A program made the position numbers and the translations under genes. A stretch of DNA of 62,043 bases from an uncultured Bacilli bacterium. GTDB taxonomy: Bacteria > Bacillota_I > Bacilli_A > RF39 > UBA660. This document shows positions 56,613 to 62,043 of the stretch, one piece after another. Positions within the stretch are counted from its first letter, which is position 1. Each line of letters begins with the position of its first letter. The DNA lies in contig CANRAQ010000001.1 in NCBI GenBank assembly GCA_947628725.1, positions 1-62,043 of the forward strand, written 5' to 3'. The notes under the pieces are model-generated. The model was not told the DNA's origin. It was given only the letters and a program-made list of their open reading frames with translations, and made no database searches.

Positions 56613-58310
56613 TTAATTATAGTAATTTGGATAACCATCATCATAAAAATTATATTCATATGTATTAACGCTTGTTGGACTATCTTTAAATGCCCTTTCA
56701 TTTACATAAGTACTTGAAGGTATTGTTATATCATATAAATTTGAGCATTCTCTAAATGCTGATGAACCTATTTCTCTTAATTTACTATTTTCACTAATTG
56801 AAACTTCTGTTAAAGAAGAATCACCATAAAAAGCGTGTCCACCAATTCTTGTAACATTATCTGGAATTGTAATACTTGTCAAGGATGTACAATATTTAAA
56901 ACTATCTCCTCCAATTTCTGTAATGTTATTAGATAATTTTATATATTCTAGTGATTTGGCTCCATAAAATGTTTCTCCACCCATATATGTCAATGTATCT
57001 GGCAAAACAATCTTTTTTATAGATTTGGCATTATAAAATGCACCACCACCGAGATATTCTAATTTATCTGGTATATTTACATTTTTTAGTTTATAACAAT
57101 TTTTAAATGCTTGACCTCTTATTTCAATAATTGAATTAGGCAAACTTACACTTTCTAAAAATGGCATATTTGAAAATGTATTACCCCTTAAACTAACTAC
57201 TTTTTTATTATTATAAGTTTCAGGAATAGTAGCTGTCTTAAAGTCAGTTAATCCAAAAATATAATATCTTACAGCATAACCATTACCATATTTTTCATAC
57301 AAAATTCTAGGTGATGAAAAAATAATTAATGGCAAAATAATAGCGACTAATAGGCTTATTATAAAAGGTACCTTTGAATTATCAGTAACAAATGTGTTTT
57401 TTACATTCATAACGATATTTGAAACTTTTTCACCAGGTCGTGCTGTTACTTCCTTTTTCAAGTATTTCATTAAATTATATTTTCTTGTAATTTTAAAGAA
57501 AATTAATAATATAACTATACCAAATATATATGTATATATTGGAAAGTGAAAAAATATTAATGTTATAAATACAAAAACAAGAATCGAAAAGATAATATTT
57601 AAAATTTTCTTCCTTTTAATAATATCACTTGGAATTAATTTAGAGGATTTATCTATACCAGCTTTTATTAATTCTCTATTAATAAACTCTTCTAACATTT
57701 TATTTTCTGTCAATCTATACATTTTATCAAAATTTGATGGTAACACTGAAACTCTTGGTGGATTTTCAATTACTGAATCTAAATTTTCACTTACAACTAC
57801 ATTATTTCCATCGAATGGTTCACCACAATTTGAACAAAATTTATCTGTAATTTTTAATACTGCATTGCATTTAGCGCATTTTAATTCTATACCTTTAACC
57901 TGATTTTGTGGTGATACTGTTTTATAATTTGAGTTTGAACTTATATATTGATCTTCTTCAATAACTGTTTTTACTTGAGTTATAAGTGAACATATAGGAA
58001 CAATTATAAATGTTCCAATAAAAACTGATATAAAATCAAACATTGCTATATATGGAGTTATAAAAAAATCAAAAATCAACAAAATTCCAGCTCTTATAGA
58101 AAATAATATCCAAAATGTTTTTTTACTATTTTCCTTTGAAAAAATTTCAGATAATGGTTTTAAAACAAAAATTGACATATGTATAGAAACAAAAGCTTCC
58201 ACTCCTAATGCAACAATAATAGATAAGGTATTACTTCCATTACTTGCATAAATTGTATTTGGCATCAATAACAAAAGAATTATCAACAATATTTTATATT
58301 TATTTTTCAT
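56613..58310 (-). CDS. Multi-pass membrane protein with an internal zinc ribbon and a C-terminal BspA-type leucine-rich-repeat domain
   Basis: 565 aa with a signal/TM region. CAKCNAVLKITDKFCSNCGE, more TM helices, then about 7 repeats of the P..(I/V)..IG..AF..C..L..I.IP type. Confidence 0.6.
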   Translation of the reverse strand: MKNKYKILLIILLLLMPNTIYASNGSNTLSIIVALGVEAFVSIHMSIFVLKPLSEIFSKENSKKTFWILFSIRAGILLIFDFFITPYIAMFDFISVFIGTFIIVPICSLITQVKTVIEEDQYISSNSNYKTVSPQNQVKGIELKCAKCNAVLKITDKFCSNCGEPFDGNNVVVSENLDSVIENPPRVSVLPSNFDKMYRLTENKMLEEFINRELIKAGIDKSSKLIPSDIIKRKKILNIIFSILVFVFITLIFFHFPIYTYIFGIVILLIFFKITRKYNLMKYLKKEVTARPGEKVSNIVMNVKNTFVTDNSKVPFIISLLVAIILPLIIFSSPRILYEKYGNGYAVRYYIFGLTDFKTATIPETYNNKKVVSLRGNTFSNMPFLESVSLPNSIIEIRGQAFKNCYKLKNVNIPDKLEYLGGGAFYNAKSIKKIVLPDTLTYMGGETFYGAKSLEYIKLSNNITEIGGDSFKYCTSLTSITIPDNVTRIGGHAFYGDSSLTEVSISENSKLREIGSSAFRECSNLYDITIPSSTYVNERAFKDSPTSVNTYEYNFYDDGYPNYYN

Positions 58311-58381
58311 ATACAGACTGCACCTCTATTCTTAAATAAATTATAACATAAAATTCGACAATTTTTAATATTTATATTTTA

Positions 58382-58417
58382 ACTTATTTTAAATTTTTAT
58401 TGTAAATGTTATAAGTT
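58382..58417. repeat. Right copy, first segment, of the direct repeat seen at 53353..53389 (promoter-like)
   Basis: acttattttaaatttttattgtaaatgttataagtt. On the plus strand it contains TTGTAA followed 17-18 nt later by TATATT, upstream of the 58477 gene. Confidence 0.8.
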
Positions 58418-58476
58418 AAATTTTATATTGTGCATAAATTATATATAGAATAAAATTTATTTGAAAGAAGGAGTTT

Positions 58477-58833
58477 ATGGAAAATATATCATTAGGTCAA
58501 ATTGCAACTATAATTACATTTGCAAGTATTTTTATTGGCGCTATAACTACTTTAATTGCTTTTTCAAAATCGTTCATTTCTAAAGTGTTGAATCCAATCA
58601 ATCAGAAAATAGATAGATTAGAAAAAGTATCTATGAAAAGTCGTAACAACATAGAACTTGAATTAATTAAAATTATTCTAGTAAACTTTATTAACGATAT
58701 TGAGCAAGGTACTGATAAAACTCAAATTCAGAAAAAAAATATATATGAATTATACGATAGATATAAAACTTTAGGTGGCAATTCTTATGTTCATGATCGT
58801 TGGGAAAAACTTATTAAAGAAGGTAAATTATAA
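58477..58833 (+). CDS. Small protein with an N-terminal TM helix (unknown function)
   Basis: 118 aa. GGAG RBS (gaaggagtttATG) and a terminator immediately downstream. Confidence 0.55.
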   Translation: MENISLGQIATIITFASIFIGAITTLIAFSKSFISKVLNPINQKIDRLEKVSMKSRNNIELELIKIILVNFINDIEQGTDKTQIQKKNIYELYDRYKTLGGNSYVHDRWEKLIKEGKL

Positions 58834-58873
58834 AAAACTATCCTCGATTTTGAGAATAGTTTTTATTTTTTTA
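58832..58873. terminator. Bidirectional terminator hairpin (right copy of the repeat's second segment)
   Basis: AAAACTATCCTC-GATTTT-GAGAATAGTTTT followed by a T-run on the plus strand. It lies between convergent genes. Confidence 0.65.
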
Positions 58874-59453
58874 TATTTTGATTTTCATTATTTTTATACT
58901 CTTCCCTGATACTAGATAATATCTCGTCTAGTTGTTCTGTAGTAATAGTTCCACCATTTTTTGATATTGTACTAATTTGCTCATCTGATAAATATTCAAT
59001 TAATGGTCTTCCCTCATAAAAGTGTACATATTTTGAACAAAAAGGTTGTACATGTTCAGTAGTATATTCATGTAAATTGTAATAAGCAACAAAATCATCA
59101 TGATATTCATAATATATTGGACTAGTATCATATGAATAAAGTATATATAAGTTTTTTTCACCCTTTACATTTTCATTTTCTATGACAGTAAGTTCATATA
59201 AATTAAAAGTTTTAGAATTAATGATACTTTGTTTTTGTTTCGTTAAATCGGCTATTTCTCTTTCTAAACTATCACGTTTTTCAACATATTCTGCTAAATA
59301 ATCATCAATAGTTTTTGATTGTGACTTATCATTATTTTTAAATAATGACTCAATTTTATATGAACATTTACCTAATCCAAATCCCGTAAAAAATATAGTA
59401 ATACCTACTCCACCAGCAGCAAGCCTTTTCACTAATTTTTCATTTACTTTCAT
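58863..59453 (-). CDS. Membrane-anchored hypothetical protein
   Basis: 196 aa. N-terminal TM helix (AAGGVGITIFFTGFGLG) and a coiled-coil-like segment. No motif recognised. Confidence 0.5.
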   Translation of the reverse strand: MKVNEKLVKRLAAGGVGITIFFTGFGLGKCSYKIESLFKNNDKSQSKTIDDYLAEYVEKRDSLEREIADLTKQKQSIINSKTFNLYELTVIENENVKGEKNLYILYSYDTSPIYYEYHDDFVAYYNLHEYTTEHVQPFCSKYVHFYEGRPLIEYLSDEQISTISKNGGTITTEQLDEILSSIREEYKNNENQNIKK

Positions 59454-59593
59454 ATATATTTTCCCCCTTTAAAACTGATTGCTTAATAAAATATCACAAT
59501 AATATAAAAAAGTCAATTTGGTTCGAGAATAGTTACCAACAAATATGTATAAAATATTATATTTAGTATATATCAATCTAATATAGTTACAAT

Positions 59594-59622
59594 TTGCGTT
59601 TTTTTTAAGTATGTGCTACAAT
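59594..59622 (+). promoter_or_regulatory. Promoter of the GDPD gene
   Basis: TTGCGT - 17 nt - TACAAT with an extended -10 TG (tgtgcTACAAT). The first Met of the ORF track (59611) lies inside it. Confidence 0.5.
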
Positions 59623-59646
59623 ATCATGCAATTAAGGGGGAAAATT

Positions 59647-60531
59647 ATGGAAAGTAATGTTGTTAAATTATTAGAAAATACAAAATATGATGCTCACAAA
59701 GGAGAATCTTGGAAGTATCCAGAAAATAGTTATGGTGCTATTAAATCAGCTTTAGAAAATCCAGAAGTAGATGCAGTTGAGTTTGACGTTAGAATGACTA
59801 AAGATTGTAAATTAATTATAAGACATGACGATTCAATGTTCACTACTTCATCATCATTTAAAAAGGTATCTGATATGACACTTGACGAATTAAAAAAATT
59901 AAGTATAAAAGCCCATAAAATAGATTATTTTATTCATAGATATCAAATTCTTAATAACAAGAAAACAGAATATAGTAATTATCAAAAAGAACTTTTAAAG
60001 CAATTAATTTCAAAGAAAGATAGAATAATTACACTAGAAGAATTATTACAAATTGCTCCTAACGATAAAAAATTACTTTTAGAAGTTAAAGGTAGTGATG
60101 AGTATTATAAAACTGATAAATATAGTAAAGGTATTTTAGAACTTGTAAATAACTACAGTATGAAAAATATATTAATACATGGCTTTGATTCTAAATTGAT
60201 GATGTGGTTTCAGGAACATGCTCCAAAAGCTGTTGTAGGTATTGGAATTTCAACTGATTTAAAACCACTAGATTTACCATTAAATCATGCTTGCTTTAAT
60301 TTATCAAGGATGAATGATCAATTAAAACAAATAGTAGATGCTTTAGAAAAAAGACCAGAAAGAGAATTCCATTTTTGGAAAGTCGACACTCGAAAAGAAT
60401 TAGAGTTATATAAATTATTCTTAAATGAAATGGCTAAAAGAGAATTAAATAGTACAACTAGCATTATGACTAATGATGTTAAAGCTTGTAAAATGTTAGT
60501 TAAAGACTATAAAGATTCCTTAGAAAAATAA
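59647..60531 (+). CDS. Glycerophosphodiester phosphodiesterase (GDPD) family protein
   Basis: ORF track 59611..60531. ATG 59647 follows AAGGGGG. AHKGESWKYPENSYGAIKSAL...VDAVEFDVRMTKDCKLIIRHDDS matches the GDPD H-R/K-G...E-N...E-x-D...HD pattern. Confidence 0.7.
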   Translation: MESNVVKLLENTKYDAHKGESWKYPENSYGAIKSALENPEVDAVEFDVRMTKDCKLIIRHDDSMFTTSSSFKKVSDMTLDELKKLSIKAHKIDYFIHRYQILNNKKTEYSNYQKELLKQLISKKDRIITLEELLQIAPNDKKLLLEVKGSDEYYKTDKYSKGILELVNNYSMKNILIHGFDSKLMMWFQEHAPKAVVGIGISTDLKPLDLPLNHACFNLSRMNDQLKQIVDALEKRPEREFHFWKVDTRKELELYKLFLNEMAKRELNSTTSIMTNDVKACKMLVKDYKDSLEK

Positions 60532-60533
60532 TT

Positions 60534-60562
60534 AAAACATCTGAAATTTCAGATGTTTTATT
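60534..60562. terminator. Bidirectional terminator between convergent genes
   Basis: AAAACATCTGA-AATT-TCAGATGTTTT with a T-run after it. Confidence 0.7.
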
Positions 60563-60611
60563 ATGATTGTTTGATAATAAACAAATTATATTTAATTCAA
60601 AGTTTTTTTAT

Positions 60612-62043
60612 TTATTTTCTATAATAATTTCTCATTCTAAGTTCTGCAATATGTTCTAATCTACTACTATCCCCTTTTGCCCATAGACTATCAAATGTAG
60701 CCAAAGATTCATCTCCTAGTTTTTCTACAAAATTTCTTACCTTTTCTAAATTATCTTCATCTACATATGAAAGTGATACTATCGTTGCATATTTTTCTCC
60801 TATATCCAAATTGAATGCTTGTTCATTATAATTACCATTTATTACATCTTCTAGAGTTATTACTTTCTTTTTTGTAAATGCTACAAACTCTGTTGTTAAT
60901 TCTTCTCCTATTAATGACCTTAACATTTTTGGATTACCTGTTTGATATAATATCTTGGATGCCATCTCCCACTTTCTTGGATCTGCATTTGGTGTTTGTC
61001 CATTATATTTTGTTCTTAATCCCTTATCTCTTTTAAAACTTATAAATGCATATATCGCAGGATGTATTTTCATTCCTACTTTGCTTTCTTCTACATCTAA
61101 TTTTTCATATTCACTTTCTGGAGTGATTGCCCATTTTAACCAATCTTCTGCTGTCGTTTTTATATACACATGGGCAAGTCTATTAAATAATGGCTCTGCT
61201 AATTCATTTGCTGAAATTGAATCTTCTACTTCATTTCCTGCTGCCACTATTCTTGCATTTTCTGGTAATTTCCACTTACCATTTACTTCTTTATCTAATA
61301 TTAAATTGAATGCTAACTTTTGTATGGCTGGTAATGCATTCGCCAATTCATCTAAAAATAATATGTGTATCTTATCAGGCTCACTCTTACATTTCTCCTC
61401 TAAGTTTTCAAGCCATGATGGCTTTATATCCAGCATATGTCCTTCTTCTACTATTACATCTTGATATTCAATAAATTCTTTTTCTTCTTCATTTCCTAAT
61501 TCATTTATTATTTTCTTTTTAACCGGTACTTCTACTCGTTTATATGTTGGTTGTATATATACACTTTTACCCAATAATGATTCTATCGATGCATTTGCTA
61601 AATATATTATTTCACAATCTTTATCTAATTGTTTTACTCTCGCACTTTTTCCTTCGCTTGATCTTCCATGTAGATATGGTGTTATACCACTTTGTATGCA
61701 AGATTTCATTATATCTTCTTCACTTACATTTTCATAATTAAAATTATATGGATTAATATTTAAATTTTTATTATAGTTTTCGTATGTATTTTCTACACTT
61801 TTAACTTTACTTAAATCTAAAGTTTGAGTTATTGCTGGTAAATAATATTTTTTTAAATAGTTATACATATCTGAAAATAGAAAGTCTAATATGTCTGAAT
61901 CCACATTATTAAATTGTATTCCGCTCATACCAATTTTTTCTGTAAAACATATATCTTTTTCTTCATTTACTATCCAAGTTATTGGATTTACTTCAAGCCA
62001 AACATAATTTCCAACATCTCGTGTATTTCTTCCATTTGATAAA
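60612..62043 (-). CDS. MoxR/AAA_5-like AAA+ ATPase, N-terminally incomplete (ORF open to the window edge)
   Basis: ORF track starts at Met 61928, but the same frame has no stop from 61929 to 62043 (LSNGRNTRDVGNYVWLEVNPITWIVNEEKDICFTEKIG-MSG...). Walker A-like GRSSEGKS, Walker B ILFLDELANA and EPLFNRLAHV (MoxR-like sensor region). Confidence 0.6.
   Translation of the reverse strand, partial: LSNGRNTRDVGNYVWLEVNPITWIVNEEKDICFTEKIGMSGIQFNNVDSDILDFLFSDMYNYLKKYYLPAITQTLDLSKVKSVENTYENYNKNLNINPYNFNYENVSEEDIMKSCIQSGITPYLHGRSSEGKSARVKQLDKDCEIIYLANASIESLLGKSVYIQPTYKRVEVPVKKKIINELGNEEEKEFIEYQDVIVEEGHMLDIKPSWLENLEEKCKSEPDKIHILFLDELANALPAIQKLAFNLILDKEVNGKWKLPENARIVAAGNEVEDSISANELAEPLFNRLAHVYIKTTAEDWLKWAITPESEYEKLDVEESKVGMKIHPAIYAFISFKRDKGLRTKYNGQTPNADPRKWEMASKILYQTGNPKMLRSLIGEELTTEFVAFTKKKVITLEDVINGNYNEQAFNLDIGEKYATIVSLSYVDEDNLEKVRNFVEKLGDESLATFDSLWAKGDSSRLEHIAELRMRNYYRK

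Overview
Very AT-rich chromosomal segment from an endospore-forming, low-GC Bacillota (Firmicutes) organism; spoIIGA-sigE and spoVAC-AD-AE are present. It holds about 65 genes, and all but four are on the minus strand. No rRNA, CRISPR array, transposase or integrase was recognised.

Layout, left to right:
1. 0.2-18.2 kb: a cell-surface glycan locus.
   - WecA/TagO-type initiating transferase and a Wzx flippase.
   - A CMP-sugar-acid module: sialyltransferase-like GT, cytidylyltransferase, HMGL-type aldolase and KdsC-type phosphatase.
   - A GT-D enzyme, two GT2s, a GT4 and a Wzy-like/GT4 fusion.
   - An orphan Alg13-like half-enzyme.
   - A GT2 + DUF2304 + small flippase-like protein + two large paralogous membrane proteins.
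2. 18.3-22.4 kb: secreted or surface proteins, including a dockerin-tagged putative peptidoglycan hydrolase.
3. 22.4-29.8 kb: housekeeping genes rsmD, ylbD/ylbE-like, mtaB, tsf, rpsB (with a C-terminal extension), tRNA-Glu(CUC), a divergent sigma factor and a long gltX.
4. 29.8-37.3 kb: kinase-like gene, ogg, copZ-copA, a MATE/cytidylate-kinase-like fusion, vanZ and tRNA-Met.
5. 37.4-42.5 kb: murD translationally coupled to a PP-loop protein, then sigE, spoIIGA and a DnaQ-like exonuclease behind a ~186-nt leader.
6. 42.5-46.6 kb: an SPFH/zinc-ribbon gene pair and aspS with an Asp-specific T-box.
7. 46.7-50.6 kb: smr, a type III toxin-antitoxin module (2 x 51-nt RNA repeats, internal terminator, ToxN/AbiQ-like toxin) sitting inside a local segmental duplication, and ppdK.
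8. 50.7-53.3 kb: spoVA genes, a pseudopilin-like gene and tRNA-Lys.
9. 53.4-58.3 kb: a tightly packed four-gene operon bracketed by direct repeats. It encodes a zinc-ribbon/LRR membrane protein, a radical SAM-SPASM enzyme with a long C-terminal extension, a small protein with a poly-Asn tail, and a zinc-ribbon membrane protein. This is my best candidate for an undescribed system.
10. 58.4-62.0 kb: small accessory genes, a GDPD-family gene and a MoxR-like AAA ATPase whose ORF runs off the window.

All family assignments come from motif reading and memory; no database searches were run.
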